This document shows, piece after piece, positions 25,719 to 39,446 of a stretch of DNA of 64,000 bases. The stretch comes from Lama guanicoe. Its lineage: Eukaryota. The notes beneath the pieces are model-generated. The model ran no database searches and was not told the DNA's origin. It was given only the letters and a program-made list of their open reading frames with translations. The DNA lies in NCBI GenBank assembly GCA_013239625.1, contig MU053559.1:1428001-1492000 (forward strand), read 5' to 3'. Both the position numbers and the translations under genes were made by a program. Positions within the stretch are counted from its first letter, which is position 1. Every line of letters starts with the position of its first letter.

Positions 25719-28700
25719 TAGACTTCTGGTTCTAGGTAAGATGGAAATCAATACATCCACTCTCTTGTCCACTGAAAGCAACTATAAAATCTGTACAGAA
25801 TGCATGGACAGTTATTAGAGAACTCTTTAAAGTATATTATCAGCAGGTAAATCTGGGAAGAATATCAGGATGCCAAGTACAACTGAACTGGTGGTGACTT
25901 TACCACTTTTTCCTCCAGTATTCTCTGGCTGAAAACACAAGAAAACCTGAAAGTGAGCACTATGTTTAGAGCACATGTTCTGGCTCAAGGTGCTTTTTTC
26001 GGAAAAGGGAACTACTAAAACAGACTGGGGGGAAATCCCCTGGGGTTTTCTCTCTTTCTCCCTTCTCTTGCGCCCAGAAAATCCCATGGTGAAGGTTGTG
26101 GCAGCAGTAACAAAACTGGCAGAGGAAGACTAGGATTTAAAGCTCTCAAGGGAGAGGAAACTTCCACTACATTCAGGGGAACTATACCTAGCTCCCAAAG
26201 GGCAAAGCCAAGTCCCATTGTTTCTTCTTATTTTCTCTCTCTCTCTGCCTGCCCCTTGTGCTCCAGAGGCAATGCATTGTGAAAGTGGGTGGTTTCTGAC
26301 TGGAGGACCAAAAAAGGAAAGCTCTAGAAAACCAGAAAAGTACCATGGAAATAACAAAGAAGGAAGAGCTCAGGAAAGCACACCCATAAAGCTGCTTATA
26401 AACAACTTTGATCAACTCCGCATCTATGTATATGTGGATTTGATCCTAATGAACATGTCAAAGATTTTGAGAACTGAGCTAAGAGACATTCAGGTCTCAG
26501 ACTGACCAGTGGGCGTCACATATGGTACAGAGCTGAATAGCACTGCAAAGGCACTGAATATAGAACTGACACTGGAACTATAGCCCACAGAAAGTGAGTT
26601 TGCACTTGCAGTCTGAACCTAACCAGGCCAACTGACTGCTAAACAAATATATCAACATCCTTTTTTGGACTGAAACAAGAGACAGAGTCTAATAACATAA
26701 TATTCACCATGTCCAGGATAAAATCCAAAATTACTTGGTATACAAAAAACAAAAATGCCAACTCATATGGGAAGAGACAATCAACAGATGTCAACAATGA
26801 GATGACACAAGCATTAAAATTATCTAATAAGTACGTTAAAGCAGCTATTATGAAAATGCTCAAATGAGCAATCACCAAACTTGAACGCTCTTGAAAGAAA
26901 GTTAAATAGAAAGTTATTGGGAAAGTAGAGAAAATATAAAGGATAACCAAATTAAAACTTCAGAACTGGAAAATAAAATCACTGAAATAAAAAATTCACT
27001 GGAAGAACACAACAGCATTATGGAGGAGGCAGTGAACCTGAAAATAGATAAACTAGCCAATCTAACAGAAAGAAAAAAGATTGGGGTGGGGAGAACAAAG
27101 CCTCAAGGACCTGTAAGATAACAATAAAGGATCTAACATTTGTGTAACTGGAATCCAATACAGAGAAGAAAAAGAGTGTGATGCTGAAAATTTCCAAAAA
27201 GCTGAGAGAATATCAAACGTAATAAATACAAAGAAATCTACACCCAGACACATCATACTCAAACCACTGAAAGCTAAAGAAAAAGAATTGAAGAAATCGA
27301 AAATTCAACACTAACAGAGTTCAACATCCTACTCCTGGCGATAGAACTAGACAGAAAATCAAGCAAGACTATGGAAAGCTTACACAGCACTACCAAAAAA
27401 CTGACCTAGCTGGTGTTTACAAATGACTCCCCCCCAGATGAGCAAAATACACATGCTTTTCAAGTGCACAAGGAACATTCTCCAAGAACTGGTGGGGCTA
27501 TAACTTGGTTCAGCCACTTTGGAAAATAGTTTGGCAGTTTCTTTGGCATAAATTTACCACACAACCCAGCAATTCTACTCCTAGGAATGTACCCTAGAGA
27601 AACGAAAACATGCATCTACACAAGGACATGAACATAAGGGGGAAAGGTATAGCTCAAGTGGTAGAGTGCATGCTCAGCACACAGGAGGTCCTGGGTTCAA
27701 TCTCCAATTCCTCCTCCAAGCCAAAATCAGTGAAGAAACCTAATTACCTCCCCTCACAAAACAAATAATAGAAGGACATGAACACGAATGTCTGAAGCAG
27801 CTTTATTCATAAGAACCAAAAACTGGAAACACCTCAAATGTCCATCCATAGTGAAGATTATCATAATGTGGTATATCCATATAATATAATACTATTCAAT
27901 AATAAAAAGGAATGAATTATTGATACATGACACATCCATGGATGAACCTCAAAAACATTACACTATATGAAAGAAGCCAGACACAAAAGAGCATACAGTG
28001 TATGATTCTATTTATACAAAATGTCCATAAAGGCAATTCTATAGGGACAGAGAGTAGACTAGCAGCTTCCTAGGGCTCCAGGGGAGGGGATTGGAGTGAT
28101 GGTAAATGGGCACAAGGAATTTTATTAGAGTGATGGAAATATTCTAAACCTGAATTACAGAGATGGTTACATAACTTGGTAAATGTACTAAAAAGCATTC
28201 AATTTTATGTTTAAACATGTGAACTTTGTGGTATGTAAATTATACCTCAATAAAGTCATTTTAATAATGCTATATAAATGAAATTATTCAGTATATACAC
28301 TTTTGAGATTGGCTTTTTTTTTTCATTCAGCATAGTGCTCCTGAGATCCATCCAAGTTGTCCCACATATCAATAGTTCATCCTTTTATTCCATTATATGG
28401 ATGCACCACAGTTTGTTTAACCAATCACCTACTGAAGGACATTGTGTTGTTTCAAGTTTTCGGTTATTACAAATAAAGCTACTATGAACATTCCTGTATG
28501 AATGTGTGAAAAGGATGCTCTTAAGAGAGTGAAAAGACTCTCCGATTAGAATGGATTCATATCCAGGCTACATAATGAACTCCAATAAATTAATAAGACA
28601 CACAACTCAATAGAAAAGCAGCAACAGTCTTAATTAAACAGGCTCTTCATAAGAGAATATTCAAATGGCAATAAATTATGAAAAGATGTTCAATAGTATT

Positions 28701-29243
28701 AGGCATCAGGGAAATACAAATTAAAACCACAATAAGACTTCCAAAAAAACCCCAAATGTACATCAACAAGAGAAAAGACATTTTGGTACATTCATACAAT
28801 AAACTACTCAGCAATAAAACAGGATATACTACTGATAAATATGACATCATGGATTAAACCTCAAAAACATTATGTTGAACAAAATAAGCCAAAAACAAGC
28901 GGGACACAAGCTTACATACTGTATGATTTTACTTACTTAAAGTTCAGTAACAGGCAAAACTAACCTATGGTGACAAAAATTGGAATCGTGGTTGCCTCTG
29001 GTTGAAGAGGATCGACTTTGAAAAGAGACATAACAGTACTTTCCAGGGTGACAGAAATCATCTATATCTTGACTGGGATGCGAATTATACGGGTATATAC
29101 ATTTGTCAAAACTCAAATTGTACTCTTAAAATCTTTGCATTTTATTGTAGGTAAATTATATTTAAATTAAAACAATAAGAAAGCCACAACGAGATACCAC
29201 TACTATTCATCAGAATGGCTACAACTCAAAATATAAACAATTC
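25719..29243 (+). mobile_element. Cluster of old L1 (L1ME/MC/MB-like) 5' UTR, ORF1 and 3' UTR fragments; 28265-28505 is minus strand
   Basis: L1 5' start gacttctggttctaggtaagatgg; ORF1 motifs at 26650-27290; several ttatacctcaataaa-type 3' ends. Confidence 0.75.
27635..27771 (+). mobile_element. Vic-1-like SINE with TSD
   Basis: ggtatagctcaagtggtagagtgcatgc...ggtcctgggttcaatc; 13-bp TSD aaggacatgaaca at 27622-27634 and 27772-27784. Confidence 0.9.
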
Positions 29244-31018
29244 GAACACTGATTAGGAAATTAAAGAAGACTTTAAAAAATGGAAAGATATCCTATGCTC
29301 CTGGATTGGAAGAATCAATATTGTTAAAATGGTCACACTGCCCAAAGCAATCTACAGATTTAATGCAATCCCTATCAAATTACCCAGGAGATATTTCACA
29401 GAACTAGAACAAATCATAATAAAATTTATATGAAATCACAAAAGACTCAGAATTGCCAAAGCATTACCGAAGAGAAAGAGGCTGGAGGAATAATACTGCC
29501 AGACTTCAGACAGTACTACAGAGCTACAGTAATCAAGACAGCATGGTATTGGTACAAAAACAGACATATAGATCAATGGAACAGAATAGAGCGCCCAGAA
29601 ATGAACCCACAAACTTTTGGTCAATTAATCTTCAACAATGGAGGCAAGAACATATAATGGAATGAAGACAGCCTCTTCAGCAAATGGTGTTGGCAAAACT
29701 GGACAGCAGCATGTCAATCAATGAAGCTAGAACACTCCCTTACACCATACACAAAAATAAACTCTAAATGGACCAAAGACTTAAACATAAGACAAGATAT
29801 AATAAATCTCCTAGAAGAAAACATAGGCAAAACATTATCTCACATACATATCAGCAATGTTCTTCTAGGGCAGTCTACCCAAGCAATAGGAATAAAAGCA
29901 AGAATAAACAAACGGGACCTAATTAAACTTATAAGCTTTTGCACAGCAAAGGAAACCATAAGCAAAACAAAACGACAACCTACGGAATGGGAGAAAATTT
30001 TTGCAAATAATGAAACTGATAAAGGCTTGATCTCCAGAATATATAAGCAGCTCTTATTACTTAATAAGAAAAAACAAACAACTCAATCCAAAAATGGGCA
30101 GAAGACCTAAATAAGCAATTCTCCAGTGAAGACATACGAATGATCAATAGGCACATGAAAAAATGCTCAATATCACTAATTATCAGAGAAATGCAAATCA
30201 AAACTACAACGAGGTATCACCTCACACCAGTCAGAATGGCCATCATTCAAAAGTCCACAAATGACAAATGCTGGAGAGGCTGTGAAGAAAAGGGAACCTT
30301 CCAACACTGCTGGTGGGAATGCAATTTCATGCAGCCACTGTGGAAAACAGTATGGAGATTCCTCAAAAGACTAGGAATAGACTTACTATATGATCCAGCA
30401 ATCCCACTCCTGGGTGTATATCCAGAGGGAACTCTAATTCAAAAAGATACATGCACCCCAATGTTCACAGCAGCACTATTTACAATAGCCAAGACATGGA
30501 AACAGCCTAAATGTCCATCAACAGGTGACTGGATAAAGAAGATGTGGTACGTTTATACAATGGAATACTATTCAGCCACAAAAAGACAACATAATGCCAT
30601 TTGCAGCAACATGGATGTCCCTCGAGAATGTCATTCTAAGTGAAGTAAGCCAGAAAGAGAAAGAAAAATACCATATGAGATAACTCATATATGGAATCTA
30701 AAGAAAAAAAAAAGAACATAAATACAAAACAGAAACAGACCCATAGACATAGAATACAAACTTGTGGTTGCCAGGGGGGAAGGAGGTGGGAAGGGACAGA
30801 CTGGGAGTTCGAAATTTGTAGATACTGACAGGTATATATAGAATAGATAAATAATATTATACTGTATAGCACAGGGAAATACATACAAGATCTTGTGGTA
30901 ACTCACAGTGAAAAAGAATGTGACAAAGAATACATACATGTTCATGTATAACTGAAAAATTGTGCTCTACACTAGAAATTGACACAACATTGTAAACTGA
31001 CTACAACTCAATTAAAAA
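29244..31018 (+). mobile_element. Young camelid-type L1, 5'-truncated (disrupted ORF2 C-terminus plus 3' UTR)
   Basis: ORF2 peptides [38 protein letters not shown] and the cysteine-rich [19 protein letters not shown], split by stops and frameshifts; TSD aaacaattc at 29235-29243 and 31019-31027. Confidence 0.95.
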
Positions 31019-31560
31019 AAACAATTCAAGTGTTGTCAAAGATGTGAATAATGGTACCTCTGGTATACTGCTGGCAAGAATGTAAATTAGCATAAACACC
31101 TTGGAAAGCTGTTTGACAATATCTACTAAAGCTTAACATATGCATACCCTATGACCTTGTTCTTTAGTTATATATCCAACAGAAATGCACATACTTGTTC
31201 CTCAAAAGACATCTGTGAGAATGTTCAGATAGATATATTCATCGCAGTATAATAGATTTAAAAAAAAACTTTATGATACATATATTCTCCAACTTTGCAA
31301 AGTGAAAACACAGCACTAATTTATAGTGATGGAATTCAGGATAATGGTAACTTGGTAACCTCTAGGATAGAAGGAAGGGGTGAGCAAGTCACTGCCAGGA
31401 AACAGAAACGGGGTCTCTGAGGTGCCAGTGGTGTTCTTTTTCTTGATCTGGGCACTAGTTAAATGGATATGTTCACTTTGAGATTATTAATAGAGTTGTG
31501 CATTTATGATTTGCTCACTTTTTCTTCAGGTACATTCTATTTGCACTTATATTTTAGATT
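31019..31560 (+). mobile_element. Continuation of the old host L1ME 3' region
   Basis: Resumes the L1 sequence interrupted at 29243 (aagtgttgtcaaagatgtg...ctgctggcaagaatgtaaattag). Confidence 0.7.
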
Positions 31561-33071
31561 GTCCCTTATGCTATATGTATGCGTAATTAAGGGTTTCTCT
31601 CTTTGCTCACTACTACCACCACCCTCTTCACTTCTATTATTCTTTAGCATGTACATCTCCCTCTCCCTGATTCTTGTCTGCTGAACCATCAGTAACACTT
31701 GGTACTTAACCTGAATCTTCACTGGCAGTAACCAGAAACACGTAAAGTTGAAACTGCAATGAATGAAGTGAGTCCACAAAATGCACGAAGAAGAACATAG
31801 GCATCCTTTACACACGCAGAATTTCATGAGACAGCATCAAAGAAGCCAGCTGCTATCTATTCACAGAGGGGAAACCATCCTTTAAATAGGATTAGTTCAT
31901 TTGCCCACATAATTCCAGGACAAAGTTGTAGATCCAGAGTGACGTTCCTTTACGTGCTCCTTCCTATATAGGGAATTTTCCCAAAGGCACTTTCACATAG
32001 TTTAGCAATTATCAGAATTGAAAAGTATTATAAAGGGGACAAAAATGCTGTCCAGGAATTGATTCTTAACCCACAGTGTGAAATTTGGATTTAGACAGGG
32101 ATTTAATCTTAATAAACTCCTACAGACTAACTTAACTTTCACATTCCCTCTAATTTCACAGAATGTTATTAATTTACCCACACTCCAAATTTATGTACAA
32201 GATACTACAGGCATGACACCATGCTCAGTACTGCAAATAAAGGGACAGATAACAGCAAGGCCTGCAACTTCAAGGAGCTTAGGGCTCTGGTGAGATGATA
32301 AGGAGAGGAAAACAAATTACCACAACTCAGGGTGACATGTTTTATAACAGAAGAGGAGGCTCCAAATTTCCTAGGAGAATGGAAGGATAGTGACTAAATC
32401 TATCCAGGAAGGGCGTGGAGATTCCATGTTGGAAGTGACACATTATCAGGACATGGACCAACCAAAGAGCATGGTATCTCCCAAGAACTTAGAACTGCAA
32501 AATGCAGGTGTTTACTCTGAGAAATAATTAGTAAAACTCACATCTGGATGTGACTGAACACCTATGGAGGCAAACCAGATCCTGCCTGTACAGGGGACCA
32601 AAAGCTCATCAACACCTGAAACTCCAAACAAATTAATCTGCAAGTGGCATGGATGCAAAAAGAGGAAGTAAATCTGACTTCACTTTAGGGAAGCAGGATT
32701 GGAGTATGACTACAATTTAGTAAAAGCAAACAATTATATTTTATATTCTATTTAGGATGGAAAAAGACTGAGAATAAAAGGTAGATCAGTCCAAAGGACT
32801 GAAAAAAGGCAAGTCACAGTCAGAAGTTCCCATCTAAGCACGGCCCAGAGAAGATGGAGTTCATGTCTAAGTACCCACAGCTTTGAGCTGAAGAACAGGA
32901 ACACCACAGTTTCAGAAAAGGACCAAGAAGAGCTCTCATGCTGATAACATCAAATATGAGAATCACATCACTAAAGTCCCTGGTCCAAGTCCACAAGTAT
33001 GATGTAATTAATAATCTTGTGAAGATGGCTTGGCTTCCCACAACTCGCCCAAAGAGACAGAGAAATAGTAT

Positions 33072-33272
33072 CAGCAGTGTGCTGATAAATGTTTAGCAAC
33101 AGTCTCTTGGGCCGGGGAGGGGGGCGCGCTCTGATTTGTAGTTTACTGATTTCTGCTATGTAGATACTCTCACCATGGTCAATTTCAAACTATTAAGATG
33201 ATGTCACTCGTCATGGAGTTTGAAAGTGATATGCAAAATTGGCTCTTGCAATCTGGTGTGAGGTGACTATAC
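33072..33272. mobile_element. MER63A-like hAT-Blackjack element
   Basis: cagtgtgctgataaatgtttagcaac...ctgatttgtagttt...ccatggtcaatttcaaacta. Confidence 0.75.
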
Positions 33273-33639
33273 ACAAAAAATGCAATTAGATGAATTTTCA
33301 CTATATATCAATAGATTGCCATCTTGGCTTATATAGATCAGATCTCAAGAGCTAGGTGACCTCAAGTCCATCCCTAAGTAACTCCATCCTTATTGCAGTT
33401 CAGAGTTCACCAAGTGGAAGGCCAGCACTGGAGCAAGGCGAATTCTCCAAGGTGAAGGGCAACACACATGATGGCAAGGAAGGGCACAACATGCTTAAAA
33501 CAAAATAAAATGAACAAGCTAACAGACAAAAAAATAAGTAATTCTGTACGATTAGACTACAGAGTAGTACGAGAGGCTGATGAGCAGTGAGTTTGGGAAA
33601 CCAAGCTAGGGACAGACTATAAAGAGGGGAATGGGGGAC

Positions 33640-33820
33640 TATACTCATGGGGGCACCCTTTGCTGTGGTAGATGCTTCACATACTTTAATTCATTTAATC
33701 ACACCTATCACATGATATTATCCATTTATACAAATAAGCCTCAGTAAGGAATTAGTGAGCTGAGATTTTAACCCACAGACTGTTTCCCAAAACCCTATCT
33801 CCCCATTATATCATGCTACT
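33640..33820 (-). mobile_element. MIR SINE
   Basis: gcttcacatactttaattcatttaatc...ttatccatttatacaaat...gagctgagattttaacccacagactg. Confidence 0.6.
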
Positions 33821-34394
33821 TCCATGGGAGGGCTGGGTGATGATGTAAGAATGCCCCCTCCCCAATCCTGCCCACAGCCTCTTAAGTCCTCTACATTCAC
33901 CTGAACCCCTAAAGAGGAGACTATAAATTTTTTCTCTCAGGCCTAGATAGAATATTCTTCTTATCCGTTCAGAATCCATTTCAACATTTCAACAGTTGTT
34001 AGAAATAGTTCCTTCTTTTCCTAAGCCCATCACAGCAATAAAGTGTCCTTATATTATTTTTAATACTCATAATTATAACTGGCCACTATCAAATTTTGTT
34101 TAAAATGTCCCGTACTGAAGTACTGAAGGAGCACCCTCAATCTTCCCTTTTGCAGAGTTAATCATAATCCTTTACCTGCTACTCTAAAGTCTTGCTTTCC
34201 AACTCTTTATCATTCTCCATGTCTTCCCAAACCAGATACCCTTCTAAAAGGCATGGCCACTGGTGAATACCGTGAGGAGGTTATCCTGTAGCTCCTGTAT
34301 TCTGTACCACTATGTATTCATCCAATTATTAGAAAGACTATAGACAACAGAAAAGGAATTCTCAAAAAGGGAGTAAGAATAATTAAGGTGGTTA

Positions 34395-34631
34395 AAGAAC
34401 TTCTTTTTTATTAATTTTTACATTTTAATCTGTTGTCTCTGCAGCACAGCACCAACAGGATTTGCAAAACAAGATTCAGGGAAGTCCGGATAATGTTTTT
34501 GCAGACTTCAGGGGGTCACGCTGTCTTCACAATATTAAAGATCTTTTAAAGTTTTATTTCTTTTTTTAATTCTTATTTTTTATTGAAGAGTAATTGATTT
34601 ACAATGTTAGTTTTATGTGAAGAACTTCTTT
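34395..34631 (-). mobile_element. Very short L1 3' end plus about 130 bp of extra sequence inside one TSD
   Basis: TSD aagaacttcttt at 34395-34406 and 34620-34631; TTTT/AAAG endonuclease-like site; L1 terminus taacattgtaaatcaattactcttcaataaaaaa on the minus strand. Confidence 0.7.
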
Positions 34632-35199
34632 AAAATGTTATTTAATCCTTACTAATAAATACAAACATGGTGTGAAGAAGAGGGAAACAAATACTATAAA
34701 ACTTACTTATATGCAGAAGATATCATTAGGGTGAATACAGGAATTAGAAATGTGACAGGAATTAGAAATATCAAGTGTAAATTTAATAGTCCTTTGAAGC
34801 CTATGATGCTGCCCTCTTTCCCACCACCAATCCTAAGCATTTGCTGTATAAATGATTTGCACAGGAGAATAGTGACTATAATTGATACTTATTTATGAAG
34901 ACAGGTGAGATACTCCACGATGACTTACAGACCTAACGGTGAACACTTTGCTGGAGGCTTAAAGTCCAACAGGAGCCAACAGCACCAAGAACCATGCAAT
35001 TTGGGTATAAATAGACTCATAGGATACCAAGGCCTGAGGATATTTAGATAATACAATACTAAATACGTGTTCTGGGGGTGGGGGGGGGCTGGATTTTTTC
35101 TTGATTGGACCACCAATCTCTCCTTAAACAGAAGGAAACAAAAACTCAGAAATGTTCTAAATTTTCTTCCTCTGCTCCCTTCTTCCTGATCAATCTCTA

Positions 35200-35465
35200 C
35201 TGGTCATTTAAAATTCAGCACAGCCATCACCTCTGTTAGAAGCCTGACCTAATCTCTTCTCCCACTCTCAAGCTGGGTAAAATGCCCATACTAATATCTA
35301 CCATAATATTTACCCCCTGTAATTATCTGATTACTTGTACATGTCTCCTAATGGGCTCTAAATTCCTGGAAGGCAAAGAGTGTGTCATGTCTTATCTTTG
35401 TATTTCTAGAACCTAGCCCAGTATTTGGTGCCCAACAGAAACTCAGTGAGCATTTTTAAATGGAA
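35200..35465 (+). mobile_element. L2 3' end
   Basis: aaattcctggaaggcaaagag...tttgtatttctagaacctagcccagtatttggtgcccaacagaaactcagt. Confidence 0.65.
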
Positions 35466-35669
35466 CTGGGTGGTACCATTTGTCCAAGGTCACAGAACTG
35501 CTGTATGGCAAAGGAAGGCCTATGCTCCAAGACATCTGACTCTTCAGCTAGTAAGCTTATCATTATATCATATATTTAAAGAGTCACTCATGAAGAAGCC
35601 AGAAACAAATCTAGAAAATATATTCCATGGATAGACATTTTATTGATCTCTGAAGGACCAGCAAATATA

Positions 35670-36595
35670 AATGATTTAAATAAACCAGTTAAAAGACAGA
35701 GAGAGACTGGCAGAGTGGGTTAAAAAACATGATCCATCTATATGTTGTCTACAGCAACTTCACTTCAGATATAAAGATATAAGTATGTTGAAAGTGAAAA
35801 AATGGATAAGGATATAAGATATAAATATTACTCAAAAAAGGAGGGGTGGCTATATTAACATCAATAAAAGGAACATTATCACAAATGGAGAACATTAAAC
35901 AATGACAGAAGAGTCAATCCACCAAGACAGCAATCTTAAATGTGTATACACCAAAAAAAAAAGCTGCAAAATATGTGAAGCAAAAACTGATTGGACTGAA
36001 AGGACAAATAGACAAATCCACAGTTATATTTGGATATTTCAACATTCTTCTCTCAACAACTGACAGAACCAGTAGACAGAAAATTAGCAAAGATATAGAA
36101 GAACTTAACATACACAATCAACCAATAGGATTTAATTGACATCTGTTAAAAAAAAAACACTGCATCCAACAACAGCATATTACATTCTTTTCAAGTACGC
36201 ACAGAAAATATAACAAGATAGACCATATCTTGGGCCATGAAATAAGCTTAGACAAATTTAATAAGATTGAAATCATAGGGAATACATTCTTTGATGACAA
36301 TGGAATCAAAGCAGAAATTAATAGCAGAAATATAACAGGAAAATCTCCAACATTTGGAAACTAAATAACATACTTCCAAATAAGCTACGGGTCAAAGAGG
36401 AAATCTCAAGGGAAATTTCTGAAATACACAGAACTGAATGAAAATGAAAATACACAACAACATATCAAAATTTGTGGGGCACAGCTAATGCAGTGTTGAG
36501 AGGGAAGTTTATAATACAAAATACTTAGATTAGGAAAGAACAAAGTCTCAAGTCAATAGTCTAAGCTCCTGCCTCAAGAAACCAGAAAAAGGAGA
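35670..36595 (+). mobile_element. Old L1 ORF2 endonuclease-domain fragment
   Basis: Peptide YVKQKLIGLKGQIDKSTVIFGYFNILLSTTDRTSRQKISKDIEELN; aagatagaccatatcttgggcc (KIDHILG). Confidence 0.9.
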
Positions 36596-37883
36596 CTAAC
36601 AGTCCTTGGAAGAGGATACAAAAGTAGATGAAGGTTTGGGAAGAATAAGAGCCAACTTCTATGAAACAGTAACATTGGATAGGTAGGTCAACCACTTACG
36701 CCTTAAGTGGGCACAAGGTGGCACATGGCAGGATGTTTGGGCACAGAGAAGACCAAACGAATGCAATAACATCTCAGATGAATGCAAGAGATGGCCTAGT
36801 TTAGGTAAAGGTAGAAATTAAGCTTTGGACTTCCTACAGCAGTTGATCAGCCTTAAAATCTCCTCAAGGATATGCACCATAGGGCATATATTATCAATAC
36901 ATACATGAACCCACAGAGGGGCCGCACCTGAGCAGAAGGTGATTAACACACCAGCGGTTTTCTCGCCTGTCAGGTATGCCTAGGAGCAGCCTATCTTACC
37001 AGGAATATAGGTTCTTGAGGAACCAAGGAACTCCCTAATAAAGAAGGGGGTCCCAAGAGAAGATGGTAGCTAATCGACTGGATCTAGTGGCAATACCCCA
37101 AGGTAAGAGGGAAGAGTGATCCAGAAAATGGTGTAAAGTGTTTTACTCAGGTTTATCTAAAAGCCCAGCTTTCAAGGACTTGGTTCAGAATCCAGTAAGA
37201 GAGGGGCTTTCCACAGAAACCTAAACAAGCTGACATGCAGCCTTCACAGCCCCAGACACTTCAGCTGCAGCAGGAGGATGAGAGAGTTAAAGCCGTAGTA
37301 CAGACACCAGTACCTTTAACTGGGTACTGGATGAGTGGCTCACCCACACAGACAGTCAGGTATGTCAGTGGTATCTGCAGCACTGAGGGCTGTGCAAACA
37401 CACAGGAGAGCAGCCTCAGGGATTGAAAGCACTAGCAGCCCAGCAAGGACGCTGCCCCATGGGTCACCAAAAGTGCTAGAGGGAAGAGGAGAGGCGGGAG
37501 ATGACACTTGGAGCTCTAGAGTACCTACTCAGGAAAATATAGCAGATATCTCCCAGGTAAACTGGGCATGTTTGAAGACTGCCCTGGAAGCTGGAGAACT
37601 ATAAGAGAGCTAGCAAAAGTCTGAGTGACTGTTATCCAGACCCTGGTTTCACCTCCAGGATGGTGTAGGCCCAGGACATTCAGGACAGTTGTATTTCACG
37701 GTGATAACAGATCCAAGAGGGAATGTATAGTTACAGAACACACATGTGTAGAAAATACATATGCATGTGTAGTACAAAGAGAGATGTGTTTTCCCGTCAC
37801 CTAAAAGATAAGTTTCCAAATCAAGAGAATAGTATTTTTACCCTAAAAATTGTGTACTGTGCACTTAAAACTGGTTGTTTCTA

Positions 37884-38125
37884 CAATAAAAGCCCGTGGT
37901 TTCCAGGGGTTTGGGGAGAGGGAGGGATGGAGGAATGACTAGATGGAGCACAAGGGATTTTTAGGGCAATGAAATTATTCTGTATGATACTATAGTGGTG
38001 GCTACATGTCATTATGCATTTGTGAAAACCCATAGAATGTACAACATCAAGAGTGAACCCTAATGTAAACTATAGCCTTTGGTTGATAATAATGTGCCCA
38101 TGTTAAAAAAATTTAAATAAAATAA
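37884..38125 (+). mobile_element. L1MC1-like 3' UTR fragment with A-rich tail
   Basis: attctgtatgatactatagtggtgg...aaaacccatagaatgtacaacatcaagagtgaaccctaatgtaaacta; gttgtttcta on both flanks. Confidence 0.75.
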
Positions 38126-38712
38126 GTTGTTTCTAGGAACTCTATGATAGGCAACCCACTTAAGAAGCTTAAGTTTCAGTGGGTAATAGAAGTTACCTTG
38201 GGCTGAAAAATATCCCTAAATGCATGCATAGTACAGCTGTGGCTCATCTGGTCCTTGGAATGGAGGAAAGAGGTTAGGAGAAACAAGCCATGGACATCGC
38301 AATGGACTTCTGATGCCAGCTGTCAAGGTAGGTCTGTAAGCCCAGAGGAAAGGGCCAACCTACAGGGGTAAGGGTGAGGGTTAATGGCAGGCTCAGTTCA
38401 TGGTCTGAGTTGGGCTTTCCTCTTCATTTGAAAGTGATCAGCCATTTCCTCTCACTAGTCATAGAGAAAGACTCACAAAAGCAGCTTACAGAAAGTCAAC
38501 TAGCTAATTAGACCTATAAAAAGCCCAACTTAGAAGCAGGAAACAAAATTTAAATAACAGCCTTTATCTCGTCCAGTCAAGAAAACCTCCCTAAGCCTCT
38601 TACACTTGGGCCTCAAGTGCCTCCAACTGACAATTGTCTTCAAACAACCAGGTAAGAAACAGTTCTGGCTTTTCTTCCAATCAATTTCTCCTGATCTGAA
38701 AGGCTAATTTTA

Positions 38713-39223
38713 TTTTATTTTTGCCCTTTATTTATTTAATTTCCCCCTCAGCTTTATTGAGGTGTAACTGACAAATAAAATTATAATATATTTAAAGTGT
38801 ACAATGGATGATTTGATATACATACACGTTGTGAAAGAATTCCTACCATCAAGTTAACAGATCCATCACTTCATATAGTTTCCTTTTTTTCCTTTTTGTG
38901 GTGAGAACATTTAAGATCTACTCTTAGCAACTTTCAAGTATAAAATACAGTATTGTTAGCTATAGTCACCACGCTGTACATTACATCCCCAGAACTTATC
39001 CCCTTATAACTGAAAGTTTGTACCCTTTTACCAACCTCTCCCCACTTCCCCCACTTTCTATCCTCTGGCAACCACCATTCTACTCCGTTTCTATGAGTTT
39101 GACCCTTTTTTAAATTTCATGTGTAAGTGATACCATGCTGTATTTGTCTTTCTCTGTCTGGCTTATTTCACTTAGCATAATGCTCTCCAGGTTTGTCCAG
39201 GTTGTCACAAATGGCAGGATTTC
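38713..39223 (-). mobile_element. L1MA9-like 3' end with TSD
   Basis: cagctttattgaggtgtaactgaca...ctggcttatttcacttagcataatg; TSD ctgaaaggctaatttta (38696-38712) / ctgaagggctagtttta (39224-39240). Confidence 0.85.
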
Positions 39224-39446
39224 CTGAAGGGCTAGTTTTAAAAGTACAGAATATTGTTGCAGAACTTAAGATATTTAATACATGTGTATAGACTAGTACT
39301 ATAATCAGTTAATAACTCTTACCTTCTATTTTTCTTACATCTAAGACACTTATTCAAAGAGCAACGTTTGAATTCTAGCTACCTTTTTCACACAGTTCAT
39401 TCAGATCAATGGTATTCTAACTCAATTTACTGGACATTATTGTAAA

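Noticed and set aside
29430..30643. ORFs of 75, 129 and 167 aa as genes
   Set aside because: Fragments of a 5'-truncated, frameshifted L1 ORF2; not host genes and not an active element.
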